This document shows, in pieces, positions 1 to 13,619 of a stretch of DNA of 64,000 nt. The notes under the pieces were generated by a model, which saw only the letters and a list, made by a program, of their open reading frames with translations, searched no databases and had not been told where the DNA came from. A program made the position numbers and the translations under genes. Numbering within the stretch: position 1 is the stretch's first letter; the number at the start of each line of letters is the position of its first letter. Source of the stretch: an uncultured Verrucomicrobiae bacterium (lineage in GTDB: Bacteria; Verrucomicrobiota; Verrucomicrobiia; Chthoniobacterales; Chthoniobacteraceae); NCBI GenBank assembly GCA_963828525.1, contig CAWHEP010000002.1, positions 539,115 to 603,114 on the forward strand, in the 5' to 3' direction.

Positions 1-623
1 GATGGCGACCGCGGCCCGAACACCGGCGGCATGGGGGCCTATTCGCCCGCGCCTCTCCTCACGCCGGAGCTGGAGGCGCAGGTGCGCACGGAAGTGATGG
101 ACCGATTCATCCAGGGCCTGGCGGCGGACGGGCTGGAATTTCGCGGCCTGCTCTACCCCGGGCTGATGGTGACGCGCTATCGGCCTGAAGGTGCTGGAGT
201 TCAATTGCCGCTTCGGCGATCCCGAGACGCAGGTCTTCCTGCCGCGGCTGGAATCCGATCTCGTGGATGCGCTGGAGGCCGTGATCGACGGCCGGCTGGC
301 GCAGCAGGACTTGCGCTGGAAAACGGAGGCGGCCGTCTGCGTGGTGATGGCCTCGGGGGGATACCCCGGCGATTATGAAAAGGGGCGGGAGATCACCGGC
401 ATTGAAAGCGCGGAGGCGGAGGGCGGTGTGACGGTTTTCCACGCCGGGACGCGGCGGGAAAATGGCAAGCTCGTCACAGCGGGTGGCCGCGTGCTGGGGG
501 TGACGGCCACGGGCGCGGATGTGCGCGCGGCGCGGGAAAAGGCCTACGCGGCGGCGCGACAAGATTCACTTTGCCGGCGCGCATTTCCGGCGGGACATTG
601 CGGCGAAGGCGCTTCGGGATTAG
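1..623 (+). CDS. purD: Phosphoribosylamine-glycine ligase, 3' part (runs off window start; frameshifted)
   Basis: DGDRGPNTGGMGAYSP, LEFNCRFGDPETQ, GYPGDY, VFHAGT and TAGGRVLGV motifs across two frames. Confidence 0.95.
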
Positions 624-638
624 CCTCGTCTCCTGGCC

Positions 639-1830
639 ATGAAATTTCCGGTTCTGTTTTGCCTGCTCGCCCTGCCTGCCGCGCTTGCACGCCCAAGCCA
701 CCAAGGCCCGCGTGGACGCTCCGCCGGAGATCGCGCCCTCGCCGGCCGCCGTGCCCAAGGCTCCCCCGTGAATCGGCCCAAGCCGATCGTCGTCGCCAAA
801 CCGAAGTGGGCCGGCCCCGGAAGCCGCGCCCGCGGCGAGCGTGGATGCGCTCAGCGCCGAAGCGGTCAAGAAGGCGCTCTCGGCTTTGCAGTCGAATTAC
901 GTTCCGCCGATTTCCGAGGAGCAGATGAATCGCGCCACCCTGCAGGGCTTGCTGGATTCCCTCAGCCCTTCGGTGAGTCTTTCCGGCAGCGGCGAAAAGG
1001 CCGCACCGGCTGCGCCTTTCTACAGCGAGACCTTACGAAAATCGCGTGGGCTATCTTCGCCTCGGCGCGCTTTCCGACAGAATCTGCGAGGCCGCAGGTC
1101 ACGACCCTGCAGGGTTGGCGGACAACGAAGATCGGCGCGGTCATTCTCGATCTCAGGAGCACTCCTCCCAGCAGCGATTTTGGCCCGGCCTGGCTTCGGC
1201 TCGCATTTTTTGCGGCAAGTGGACCTGGCGCTGAAACGAGCAACGGATGCGCAGCTCGGGTACGGAGCGTCGGACGTCGCCTCCTTTTCGAGGGCCTGGT
1301 CGTCGTCTTGGTGGATGGCGATACGGCGCAGGCGGCGGAAGCCGCCGCGGCGGTCCTGCGGCAAATCGGCCAAGGCGATTCTGGTGGGCGATACCACCGC
1401 CGGAAGAGCGTGCCAGTTCACCGATATCCCGCTGGAAAAAGGCATGGTGCTGCATGCCGCCACGGCCCGGGCGAGTCGGTCAATGGGCACGCGATGACAG
1501 GAGGATTGAAGCCGGATATCGCCGAAGATCGCGGAGCATTCTGCAAAGAAGAGATCATGCGGGAAATTACCGCGCACGGGGTGGCGCGAGCGTGGTGGCG
1601 GAGCGCGGCCGGGCGCACCTGAACGAAGCCGCGCTCGTGGCCGGGCGCGACCCGGATATCGACACGCTGGAGGCCGATCAGCAGGCGTCCCGCCGGCCGG
1701 CCGGCGCCACCCATCCCATCGATCGCCAACTGCAGCGGGCGCGTGGATCTGGTGACCTCGATTTCCGTGTTCCAGGCGAAGAGACGCCGGCTGGCTGCCG
1801 ATCCGCTCGATTCCGCGAACCACGCAGTAA
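639..1830 (+). CDS. Secreted S41 (C-terminal processing) peptidase-like protein, probably catalytically degenerate; frameshifted
   Basis: Signal peptide MKFPVLFCLLAL; GYLRL, VILDLR, VVLVDGDTAQAAE, ILVGDTTAGRA, GLKPDI, DRQLQRA segments in S41 order. Confidence 0.65.
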
Positions 1831-3210
1831 CTACGGCGGACTCTGCCGAGGCGGAAGCCGAGAGGACTGGCGCTGGCCGCGGCCGTGCCCGACACGGTGG
1901 CCGAAGGTGATGGAGATGGAGTGGGAGTGGGAGTGGGCGGAGGAGTCGGGGTGGGCGTGGGCGCAGTCAAGTCTTTCCAGGTAAAAAGCTGCGCGTTATA
2001 CCCGCCCATCTCCTTGAGGAAGCCATCGATCTTCTCCCGCCAATGCGCGAGATCCGGCGGCCCGAACGGGCGCTCGGCCGTGCCGGGGAAAACGAGGTAG
2101 GTCACCTTCAATTTGCTCTCGGGCGGTTCTCCGAAGTGGCGCAGGCTGTTCATTTGCTGCGCGATCCGCAGCGAGGCTTCTCCCATTTTGTTGGCCGGGC
2201 CGACATCGCCCACGATGGCGGGATAAATCACGTTCTTGTAAATGACCGCGCAGTAATCGCCCACTCCCGGCGAGAACGGATTCGCTCTTTTTCCCCGCGA
2301 CCGACCACGACATGACGACGTAGGGATCGTCCGCGCGCGACCAGGAAGGAATCGGTCTTGAGCTGCTCGATATCCGCCTTCAGCTCCGCGATCTGGCTTT
2401 TCGCCGCTTCCCTTTGCGCGCCGGTTTTCCCGGGCAGCTCGCTTTGCAGCTCGGCGCAGCTTTTCCTCGCGCGGGGCGAGAAATTGATTCGGCGTGGCGG
2501 TGCGCTTCGGCCAGCGGTAGCTCGTCAGCGGCTGGAAGGTGGGCGAGCTGCCATCGATCAGCGGCACCCGGTCGCTATCCGAACCATCGCTGTCCACATC
2601 CATGTCGGATTGCAGCCAGAGCGCCTCGCCGCGGCGAGCCGGGCGGCTGCACTTCCAGCACCGTCTCGCAGTCGAAGAAATCGTGGCGATTCAGGAGCTG
2701 ATCGAGACGAACCAGGCTCTGCCGCAGCGCCTGCAGCTTGTACCCGTAGAATCGCTCGTACAGCGGGGAAACCTTCGCGGCCCCGATCCACTTTGCGAAG
2801 GCCGGGAAGACCGCGGGCAGCGCCGGGTTCAGTGCGGCGAGATCGGGCGGCGCCGAGACGGCCTTTGGCACCCGCACGTGCAGGTCCAGGTGGAGAGTGT
2901 AGCTTGCCGGGATCGGCTGCCTCGGCCGTGGCGTTCCGGCCCGGCTCGGCGGAGAAGGAGCTTTGGAACTGGATGCCATTGAAGAGCCTGCCGGTATCGA
3001 GTCTTTTTGTACGGGACGGAGAGCGGCGTGGGCGAAGGCTCCGGCGTCGGGGAGGCCGGCGCCGGGCCGAGGGCGGAGGAGTGGGCGTCGTCTCTCGGGC
3101 GCGGGGCTTGCTTCATCCATATGCTGCGGGGGCGAGCAGGCGGAGAGGCTGAGGCCAGCGCTGCCGAGCACACCGGGCCACCACCGGCGGCGAGAGGAGC
3201 CGCGCATCAT
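1831..3210 (-). CDS. Lipoprotein with glycoside hydrolase family 75 (chitosanase)-like domain and Pro/Thr-rich tail; frameshifted
   Basis: LSLSAC lipobox; MDVDSDG, GDYCAVIY..YPAIVGDVGP..KMGEASLRIA, VTYLVFPG motifs; TPTPTPPPTP tail. Confidence 0.7.
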
Positions 3211-3221
3211 CCCGGCTGCGC

Positions 3222-3541
3222 TCAACGATGCCACGCGAGCAGCGTCAGCACGATGCTGGCGATGCTGAGCAAGGCCATGAGGCCGCCCGGCACGATGGTT
3301 TTCTTGTGAATGAAATCGGGCACGAATTTCCCCGCCAGCAGCACGGAAACGGTGATGCCCATCGTGTAGGCGATCTCCGGGCGGCTGGGGAGCAGCATGC
3401 TGGCGGTCACGAGCAGCGCGCCGGAAATCAGCCCGGCGATGACGGAGACGACGCTCTTCGCCTTCACGTATCCCATGATGCCTCCCACCGACCGTCAGGA
3501 GCGGCAAAGACGATGTAGTAAATCTTGATCGCGGGCACCAT
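3222..3541 (-). CDS. TMEM14 family small membrane protein
   Basis: GGIMGYVKAKSVVSVIAGLISG and K..PGGLMALLS motifs; four hydrophobic helices. Confidence 0.85.
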
Positions 3542-3554
3542 GGCGGCTCTTTGC

Positions 3555-4413
3555 TTAGCCGACCCGCTCGGTGCTGGCAACTCCGTCGCGCGCCCGGCTT
3601 TCCTGCCGCACCGAGGAGGCGCTCGCATTCAGGCCGAGCCGCAGCAGGAACAGCGGCACCGAGGCCACCAGCGTCATGCCCAGAAAGACGACCCAGCCCG
3701 GGATGATCCGCGCGCGGTCCTGCGCCACCGCCGGCAAGCGCCTCGCGCACCACCTGCGCGGGCGATGACCTTCAGGAACTCCGGCGCCGCGAAATCGCGC
3801 CCGCGCTCGCCCCTGCGCCGGCCACTTCGCTGAATTCGGTATCCACCGGCCCCGGGCAGAGCGCCGTCACGGAGACGCCGGTGCCGCGCAATTCCGCGCG
3901 CAGCGCCTCGGAGAAACTGCTCACGTAGGCCTTCGTGGCCGCGTAGACCGCGAGTTGCGGGATGGGCAGATAGCTGGCCGTGGAGGAGACATTCAGGATC
4001 GCCGAGTGCTCGAAGGCGCGGAGCACCGGCAGCAGGGAATGGGTGAGCTTGGTGAGGGCGGCGATGTTGACATCGAGCATCGCCTGCACCTTCGGCCAGG
4101 CGGAGCTCTCAAACGGCCCGTGATCGCCGAGCCCCGCGTTATTGACCAGGAAGTTGATATTGACCCCTTCATCGGCAAGCCAGCGGGTGAAGCGGTCGAT
4201 AGCGGCGCCGTCCGAAAGATCGAGGGCGTAGCAGTAGATATTGAGCTCCGGATGGGAGCGGGCCAGGCCGGCCTTCAGCTCTTCCAGGCGGTCCATGCGC
4301 CGGGCCACCAGGACGAGGGCGCGGGCCTGCGGCGCGAGCTGCCGGGCGAATTCCTGGCCCAGCCCGGAAGAGGCGCCGGTGATGAGGGCTGTGCAACCTT
4401 GGAAGAATGTCAT
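3555..4413 (-). CDS. Short-chain dehydrogenase/reductase (SDR); C-terminus frameshifted
   Basis: TGASSGLG, NNAG, YAATK, LCPGPVDTEF motifs. Confidence 0.92.
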
Positions 4414-4423
4414 AGCAGGGAGT

Positions 4424-4779
4424 ATGCAGGTGCTCAATCTGGCAGGGCAAACACCGTTTGTGACGAAAGATGGATCGGTTATCCGCAGCATTCTGGACCG
4501 GACGAATGCGCCGGTGCAAAAACAGAGCCTCGCCGAGGCGCGGGTGGACCGCCGGAAAATCGACGCAGCGGCACTACCACCGCGGAGTGCGAGGAGTTCT
4601 ACTTCATCCTGGAAGGAAGCGGGCGCATGGAGATCGACGGCGAGACGCGGGAGGTGAAACCGGGCGATGCGATTTTGATCCCGCCCGGCGCCTGGCACAC
4701 CATCGCGGCGGCGGAACCGCTGCGCTTCCTCTGCTGCTGCGCGCCGCCCTACTCGCACGAGGATACGTTTTTCGAGTGA
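4424..4779 (+). CDS. Cupin domain protein; frameshifted
   Basis: TKDGS.IRSILD, QSLAEA, TQRHYH, EEFYFILEGSG, IPPGAWH. Confidence 0.88.
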
Positions 4780-4821
4780 GCAATGTCGGTCACGGAAGAA
4801 GGATTTCCCCTTTAAAACAAC

Positions 4822-5607
4822 ATGGACAAAAGCAATCGAGAACTCGTCGCAAAAGTACCGCAGGTCACTCTTCTCTTCTGGATCATCAAGATCCTCGCGA
4901 CCACGCTGGGCGAGACCGGCGGCGATGCGGTCACCATGTCCTGGCTTGGCGAAACGACGAACGAAGCCAAAGGCACCGGTTATCTGATCGGAACAGCGAT
5001 CTTCGGCGTGCTGTTCGCCGCCGCGGTGCTCGTCCAAATCAGGGCAAAGAAATTTCACCCCTTCCTTTATTGGTTCACGATCGTCGCAACGACGACCGTT
5101 GGAACGACGCTGGCGGATTATTGCACCAGATCGCTGGGCCTCGGGTATACGGGCGGCTCGACGATCTTGCTGATCCTGGTGATTGCGTCCCTTCTGATCT
5201 GGCGTTGGTCGACCGGGAGCATCTCGGTCGACACGGTGAATACCCCGAAGGTAGAGGGGTTCTATTGGGCGACGATCATGTTCTCACAGACACTCGGAAC
5301 GGCCCTCGGCGACTGGGTCGCCGATACCAATGACATGGGGTACCTCGGGGCCGCGGCAGTCTTCGGAGGGCTGCTCCTCCTGACCGCCCTTCTCTATTAC
5401 TTCACGAAACTTTCACGGGCTGTTTTATTCTGGGCCGCGTTCATCCTGACCCGGCCGCTCGGCGCGGTCGTTGGCGATTTCCTCGATAAGCCGCTCGCAA
5501 AGGGAGGGCTGGCGCTCAGCCGTTACTCGGCCTCCATAGCGCTCCTCGTTGCCATCGTCTTGTTGATTTTGATTTTCCCGCAGAAGCCCGCTTCGAAAGC
5601 GCACTGA
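4822..5607 (+). CDS. COG4705/DUF347-repeat membrane protein
   Basis: KVPQVTLLFWIIKILATTLGETGGD, FWAAFILTRPLGA; intact 261 aa ORF. Confidence 0.88.
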   Translation: MDKSNRELVAKVPQVTLLFWIIKILATTLGETGGDAVTMSWLGETTNEAKGTGYLIGTAIFGVLFAAAVLVQIRAKKFHPFLYWFTIVATTTVGTTLADYCTRSLGLGYTGGSTILLILVIASLLIWRWSTGSISVDTVNTPKVEGFYWATIMFSQTLGTALGDWVADTNDMGYLGAAAVFGGLLLLTALLYYFTKLSRAVLFWAAFILTRPLGAVVGDFLDKPLAKGGLALSRYSASIALLVAIVLLILIFPQKPASKAH

Positions 5608-5754
5608 CCCTGAAGGGGCCGCTTCTCAGCAAAGCAACTGACGCCGAGGCAGCCGGTGAAGGCGCGCTGGAATTCGGGTGCGGCACGGCATTTTGGATAC
5701 ATTCTTCGAGCGAGCGGTGTTGCATTCTTGTCCGAATCGTATTACGCTGCTCCT

Positions 5755-5997
5755 GTGAAAACGCTGACGGTTAGGTTACCTGAACTTCTCTTCGCGGAAA
5801 TCGAGAGTGCTGCCCAGGCGCGCAATGTCGCCAAATCGGAGATCGTCCGGGAGCGCCTGGAACATGGCGGCAAAAAGAAAAGGTCTCTTTGGCGCCGGAT
5901 GGAGGATCTGGTCATCAAAAGCGATGTGCTGCCGCGTGATCTTTCGTCTAAGGAGAAGTATCTGCCAGGCTATGGCCGAAACCGTTCTGATCGATAG
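5755..5997 (+). CDS. CopG/ribbon-helix-helix antitoxin-like protein
   Basis: MKTLTVRLPE..KSEIVRERL and PRDLS..KYL.GYG; overlaps the start of a PIN-like ORF. Confidence 0.7.
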   Translation: MKTLTVRLPELLFAEIESAAQARNVAKSEIVRERLEHGGKKKRSLWRRMEDLVIKSDVLPRDLSSKEKYLPGYGRNRSDR

Positions 5998-6148
5998 CGG
6001 CGCAATTGTTGCCGCGGTCCAGCAGCGGATTAACACCATGCGTGGGCAAAATCCAGACTTCGAAGCGTTTGCCAATCCTTGCCTTAGGTGCGAAGCTGAT
6101 TATCCGCATCTCGTGGAATTCTTCGATGGCAAGGCGTCGCCGGACTGA
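5972..6148 (+). pseudogene. Truncated PIN-domain (VapC-like) toxin
   Basis: MAETVLIDSGAIVA PIN N-terminal strand and ..CEA motif, then similarity is lost; only 58 aa. Confidence 0.55.
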
Positions 6149-6244
6149 ATCGGCAATATACTCGCTTGGCGTCATTCCGGCGCGATCCGCGCTCGCAGTA
6201 ATGCGCTGGGTCATCTCGTCAGGAAGATCGATCGTGATCGACAT
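6060..6244 (-). pseudogene. Second RHH antitoxin-like gene, 3' end lost
   Basis: MSITIDLPDEMTQRI..GMTPSEYIADSVRRRLAIEEF; no cognate toxin follows. Confidence 0.5.
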
Positions 6245-6555
6245 CTCACACAGCGTACCAAATTGGCGGAGTAAGCAAACCACCAATGGGCCTCTGACGC
6301 AGCCGCTTCATAAAAGGAGTGGCGGTGGCTCAAAAAGACGGCTTCCACCCGGTGTTCATCGCTGATGGATACCTCTACTTCAAACTCGCCCTTCTCCGAG
6401 ACGTGAACTCCTAGCAGTTGTCCGGCTCCATCCCGGCACTGGAACTTCGCCGGAGCGGAGAACGAAGGATGACAACGAAGCCGCCCGCCCGTGAGCTTCT
6501 ATGCAAAGTCCATCCATGAAACCAATTTCTCCATTTTGTGGAGAGATCATGCGAA

Positions 6556-8362
6556 CTACGCCTCCACCGCTTCCGCCACCGGCGCGGGGTCGACCCACTT
6601 GCCGTGTTCGCGGATCAAATCTTTCAGCCGGTCCACCGCTTCGGCTTCGGGAATGTTGAACTTCACCGGGGTCTTGCCCACGTAGAGGTTGATCTTGCCC
6701 GGCGCGCCGCCCACGTAGCCGAAATCGGCGTCGGCCATTTCGCCGGGGCCGTTCACGATGCAGCCCATGATCGCGATCTTCACGCCTTTCAGATGCACGG
6801 TCGAGGCCTTGATCCGCGCCGTGGTGCTTTGCAGATCGAACAGCGTCCGCCCGCAGGAGGGGCAGGCCACATAGTCGGTCTTGAAGATGCGGGAGCCGGC
6901 GGCCTGCAGCACGTTGTAACTCAGGCGCAGCGCCTGGCCCGGCGCGGATTCGCCCTGCACGAGGATGGCATCGCCGATCCCGTCGCAGAGCAGCGAGCCG
7001 ATGTGCGTGGCGGCGGTGAGCAGCGCTTTTTGGAAATCGACCACCTCGGTCGGCGGGCGTCAGCGTATCCTTGAGCAGGATGGGATGGCGCGGGTCGAGC
7101 CGGGCCGCGAGCAGGCGGTAGCCGGCGATCACGGGAATATCCAGGCCGTCCCGCAAGGTGACCAGCAGCCGCGTCCGGCGCGGCGTTCAGCGCGGCGATG
7201 GCTTCGTCGTCGCGCGGATCGATCTCGCGCGGCTCGGCGTCCTCGGCGATGAACTCCGGCTTGTAGTCGCCCATGCGCGAGACCTTGTGCGCGACCTTCG
7301 CGAACGCCTCGCGGCGGATGGCCACGCGCAGCAATTCCTCGCCCGCCCAGCGAGACGGATTTGCCAGGCTCCGCCACGGAGATCTCCGGAAGCGTCTCGG
7401 AGACCCGGCGCGAGTAGGTGAAAGGGATCGTAGGAAAGCGGCGCCTCCGCTTCCAGCCGCTCGGCCAGGCCGCCCGCGGCGTTGAACGGCGCGACCAGCG
7501 CCTGCGCCACCGGGATTTCATGCACGCTATCCTCGGTGAGCGAAACGCGGACGGTATCGCCGATGCCATCGTGCAGCAGCGAGCCGATGCCGATGGCGCT
7601 CTTGATCCGGCCATCCTCGCCGTCGCCGGCCTCGGTCACGCCGAGATGGATCGGGTAATTCCAGTCCGGTCCCAGCTCGTTCAGCCGCGCCACGAGCAGC
7701 CGGTAGGCCTTGATCATGACCTTCGGGTTGCTCGCCTTCATCGAGAAGACGAAGGCGTGGTAATCGTGCTCGCGGGCGATGCGGGCGAACTCCAGCGCGC
7801 TCTCCACCATGCCGAGCGGCGTGTCGCCGTAGCGGTTCATGATGCGGTCGCGAAAGCGAGCCGTGGTTCGTGCCGATGCGCATGGCCACGCCGCGCTCCC
7901 TGCAGAGCAGCACCAGCGGCGTGAACCGCTCGCGGATGCGCTCCAGCTCCGCCAGGTATTGCTCGTCCGTGTATTCGATGATCTTGAATTTCTTCGAGTC
8001 CGCGTAGTTGCCGGGATTGATGCGCACTTTCTCCACCCACTTGGCCGCTTCCAGCGCGGCCTCGGGCTTGAAATGGATATCGGCCACGATCGGCACGTCG
8101 CAGCCCTCGCCGCGCAGCCGCCGCACGATGTTCTCCAGATTCGCCGCATCCTTCACCGTGGGCGCGGTGATGCGGACGATCTCGCAACCCACCTCCGCCA
8201 GCGCGAGCGTCTGCTGCACACACGCCTCCGTGTCCATGGTGTCGCACGTCATCATCGACTGCACCCGGATGGGATTCGCCCCGCCGATTCCGACCGGGCC
8301 GACCATGCACCTCCCGGGTGGCGCGGCGTGCGATAGGCGTAGGGGTTCTCTGTGTAGGTCAT
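6556..8362 (-). CDS. ispG: HMBPP synthase, long three-domain form; frameshifted
   Basis: [56 protein letters not shown]. Confidence 0.96.
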
Positions 8363-10021
8363 CGCTGGGATTGGGACGGGATTATCCCTGGGCTCAAAGC
8401 GGAGTTTATCCTGCTTGGTGCCGAACAAATCCTGCACGTCGAAGAAGGCGATGTAGAGCATAAAACCGATAATCAGCACCGCGCAGCCCGTCTGCACGAC
8501 CTCGAGAAAGCGCACGCTCACCGGCCGGCGGCGCACCGCCTCCACCAGCGCCAGGGTAATGTGCCCGCCATCCAGCACCGGGATCGGCAGCAGGTTGATC
8601 AGCGCCAGGTTCACATTCAGCACCACGCTGAACCAGAGCGCCAGCCGCCAGCCCTCCCGGCTCTCGAAGAACATGTAGTACACCCGCATCATCATGACCG
8701 GCCCGCCCATGTGCTGGAGCTTGACCCCGCTCTTGCGCGAGACGATGGCCCCCAGGGTATTGAAGATCGACATCATGCCCGCGCGCACCTGCTCGCCCGG
8801 AGGCGGATGCAGCACCTGGAATTTCCCGTACAGATCCTCGGTAATGCCGTAGTTCTCATCCCACACGATTCCGATGCGCGGCACGGTGTCTCCTTCCGGC
8901 ATTGCCGGCGTCACCCTGACCTCGCGGACGGCTTTCTCGCGTTCGATCGTGAGCTTGATGGGCTGGCCCGGGTGGGCCTTGATGAAATCGGTGATCTTCG
9001 ATGATCTCCGGCATCGGCTGGCCGTTCACGCCGGTGACAATGTCGCCCTTCTTTCAGTCCCGCCGCCTGCGCCGGGCTGTCGGCGTAGACCTCGTGAATG
9101 CGCGCATTGGGCTGGAAAGGGCAGCTGGCAGCGTCTTGCCCTTCCGCGGTCGATCGTCGAGCTGCAGCGCCTGGCCGGGGTGGTCCTTCGCGTAATCGCT
9201 CACCGTCTCCATGGTGTAAACCGGCTGGCCGTTGATTCCCTCGAATGATGTCATTCGGCTTCAGGCCGGCCTGCTCCGCCGGGCTGCCCGGCTCCACCTG
9301 CGCCACCATCGGCTGCTGGGCGGGCAGGATGCCGATCTCGCGCAGCGCCTTCCGCATCCACGGCTTGGTCTCGGGCACCTCCGGCTGGGGATGCAGCGTC
9401 TTCGTCTCCGCCACGCCGTTCACCGTCGCGCTGCACGGTGATCGGCACCGTCTCCCCCTCGCTGCGCACGATGCGCCAGGTAATGCTGTCGGCTCCCATG
9501 CCGCTGAACCGGCGCACCGGCTCGCCGTCCACCTCCAGGATTTTGTCGCCCGCCAGGAGCCCGGCCTTGGCGGCGGGGGAATCCGGCAGCACGTAGCCGA
9601 TGGTCGTGGTGGCCTCCGCCTCCGTGACGGGCCGGCCCACCATCCAGACGATGGAGGCAAAAACCACCGCCAGCCCGAAGGAAAAGAGCGGCCCGGCAAA
9701 GGCGACGATGATCTTATCCAGCGGCCGAGATCGGGCGGCAGCATCTCCCGCGGGCGTATCGGTTTTCCCCTCCATCACTTCCATGGGCGCCATCTGCGGC
9801 AGCGCCACGAAGCCGCCCGCCGGGATGGTGCCGAGGGAGTACTCCACGCCGTTGATCGTCTTTTTCCAGAGCGGCTTGCCGAACCAGATGCCGAATTTTT
9901 CGATGACCAGCCCGCGCCAGCGCGCCGCCAGGAAGTGCCCCAGCTCATGCACGATGATCATCAGGTTGAAGACCAGGACGACTTCCAGGAGGATGAGGGG
10001 GATTTTCAGGAAATTGGGCAT
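8359..10021 (-). CDS. rseP: RIP metalloprotease with multiple PDZ domains; frameshifted
   Basis: HELGH, AFAGP, NLLPIPVLDGGH; repeated SPA..AGL..D PDZ segments. Confidence 0.93.
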
Positions 10022-10111
10022 ACGGGGAAAAGAGGGAGGATCAATGGAGCCGACGCAGGGGTGGACCGCCCGGCGAAGGGTGTGTTCAAAAATTTCACGG
10101 GTGCCGCGTGG

Positions 10112-11257
10112 TCATTGAATGAATTCCTGCGCCAGCGCCCGGGCTTCGGCATCGGCGTCCAGTATAGCATCGAGGCCCGGTTCCGCAATCGGCCGGTGCC
10201 GGTCCATGGCATGGGCCACCGGTCTCCCAGATGGCCGGGAAACCGATCTGGCGGCGGAGGAAAGCGGCGACGGCGACTTCATTGGCGGCGTTCAGCACCG
10301 CAGGGAGCGTGCCGCCGCGCTCGCCGGCTTCGCGCGCCAGGTCCAGCGCCGGGAAATCCGCGGTGCGCGGCGCTTCGAAATCGAGCCGGGCGAGCTGCGT
10401 AAAATCGAGCGGGCGCAGGCTGTTCGGCACCCGCTCCGGCCAGGTCACCGCGTACTGGATGGGGAAGCACATGTCCGAGTGCGAGAGCTGCGCCAGCACC
10501 GAGCTGTCCACGAATTCGACCATGGAGTGCACGATGCTCTGCGGATGCACGATCACATCCACCCGCGCCATCTCGACATCGAAGAGCCAGCGCGCCTCGA
10601 TCATCTCCAGCCCTTTGTTGAAGAGCGTGGCGGAGTCGATGGTGATCTTCTCCCCCATGTTCCAGGTCGGGTGCTTCAGCGCCTGCTCCACGGTCACTGC
10701 CGCCAGCTCCGCCGCGGGCAGCTTGCGGAAGGGCCCGCCGCTGGCGGTCAGGATGAGGCGGCGCACCTGCTCCGGGCCGCGGCCTTCCAGGCATTGGAAG
10801 ATGGCGTTGTGCTCGCTGTCCACCGGCAGCACCTGCACGCCCTTGCGCCGGGCCGCTTCCATCACCGCCTGCCCCGCCATCACCAGGATTTCCTTGCTCG
10901 CCACGGCGATATCCTTCCCGGCCTCGATCGCCGCCAGCGCCGGCTTCAGTCCGCCCGTGCCCACGATGGCGATCAGCACCAGGTCCGCCTCCGGCAGCGT
11001 GGCCAGTTCCACCAGCCCCTGCTCGCCGCGGTGCCGCACGCGCGCGTCGAGTTCCGCGGGCACCGCCGTTTCCGGGCAGGTCGTGCAGAGCGCGGCGTGG
11101 GGAAATTGCGCGGCCAGCTTCCGGCCAGCTTGGCCAGGTTGCGATTGCCCGAGAGGCCCACGATCTCCATGCGCTCGGGAATGTCGTGGGCGACCTTGGC
11201 GGCGCTCTGGCCGATGGAGCCGGTGGCCCCCAGGACGACAACTCGGCGGCGTTTCAT
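10112..11257 (-). CDS. dxr: 1-deoxy-D-xylulose-5-phosphate reductoisomerase; frameshifted
   Basis: [47 protein letters not shown]. Confidence 0.97.
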
Positions 11258-11263
11258 TTGAAC

Positions 11264-12148
11264 TCAAATGCCCAGCACCAGCCGGGCGTAAAAGAAGAGG
11301 AGCGGCGCGGTGAAGAGCAGGCTGTCGATCAGGTCCAGCACGCCGCCGATGCCCGGCAGCATGTGCCCGGAGTCCTTCGTATCGGTGCTGCGCTTGATGA
11401 TCGACTCCGCCAGATCGCCGATAATGGCGGCAAAGCCGAGCAGCACCCCCAGGATGCCCGCGTGCAGTGGCATTGAAGGCGGGCAGCCGGTCGTGGATGA
11501 GGTAAAACATCCCGTAGCTGCCCAGCACGGAAAAGGCGATCGCGCCGAAAAATCCCTCCCACGTTTTCTTCGGGCGAGATATGGGGGATGAGCGGATGCT
11601 TCCCGATGAGGCTGCCCACCACATACGCGCCCATGTCGGAGAACTTCGTCACCACGATGCAGTAGAGCACGTAGTACTGGCCGGTGACGTGGTTGGCCGC
11701 ATTGCGCGGGAAGAGATAAACCAGCTTCGTAATGAAATTGAACAGCCAGAGGACGTAGAGGAAGCCGAAGATGGTGAAGGCCATCGTCTCCAGCGGGCGG
11801 ATATCGCGGGTGCGCTCGAACATCTGCCGGGCAAAGACGATCAGCAGGAAAAAGAGGATGACCGCGATCTCGAAGTCATAGGAGCGGGCCGGCCCCACCC
11901 GGGAGAAATAGTAAAAGCTGCCCGAGAGGAAAATGACGCCGCAGATCAGGGCGAGCACCTTGAAGTTCGGGAGCTGCTTGTGATCGAGCATCCGGTAGAA
12001 CTCCCACAGGCCGAGCAGGCCCAGGCGTGCCGATGAGGAAGAAGAAGCCGATCTCAAACCCGGAGAGAACGATCCAGAGCGCGACCGCCCACAGGGCGAC
12101 CGTGCTGCCGAGGCGGCGGAAAAAGACCAGTTGTTTGGAAGAGGCCAT
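11264..12148 (-). CDS. cdsA: Phosphatidate cytidylyltransferase; frameshifted
   Basis: [39 protein letters not shown]; next to dxr. Confidence 0.93.
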
Positions 12149-12284
12149 GCGGGCGCGACCGGCGAGCATCGAAGATGGCCGGGGGCAAGGCAAGGCTCGG
12201 ATTTCACGTGCTCCGGGCGCGGCAAGGGACGCCCTGAAAAAAAGAAGACACCCCGCCCGCTGCTCCCTGCTACGGTTTTCTCCT

Positions 12285-13572
<1,288 letters not shown>

Positions 13573-13619
13573 GCTGCGGTTCCGGAAGGCAAGCGTGAAG
13601 CGCCAGCCACGCCAGGTGA

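Noticed and set aside
1905..1960. GGAGTG-type short tandem repeat
   Set aside because: Simply encodes the Pro/Thr/Ser linker of the GH75-like protein
6250..6550. Possible frameshifted hypothetical gene on the minus strand after ispG (MISPQNGEIGF...)
   Set aside because: Needs at least two indels to assemble and has no recognisable motif; not supportable
8252..8914. RseP-IspG fusion
   Set aside because: A TGA overlapping the ispG ATG exists in the adjacent frame; readthrough is likely an indel artefact
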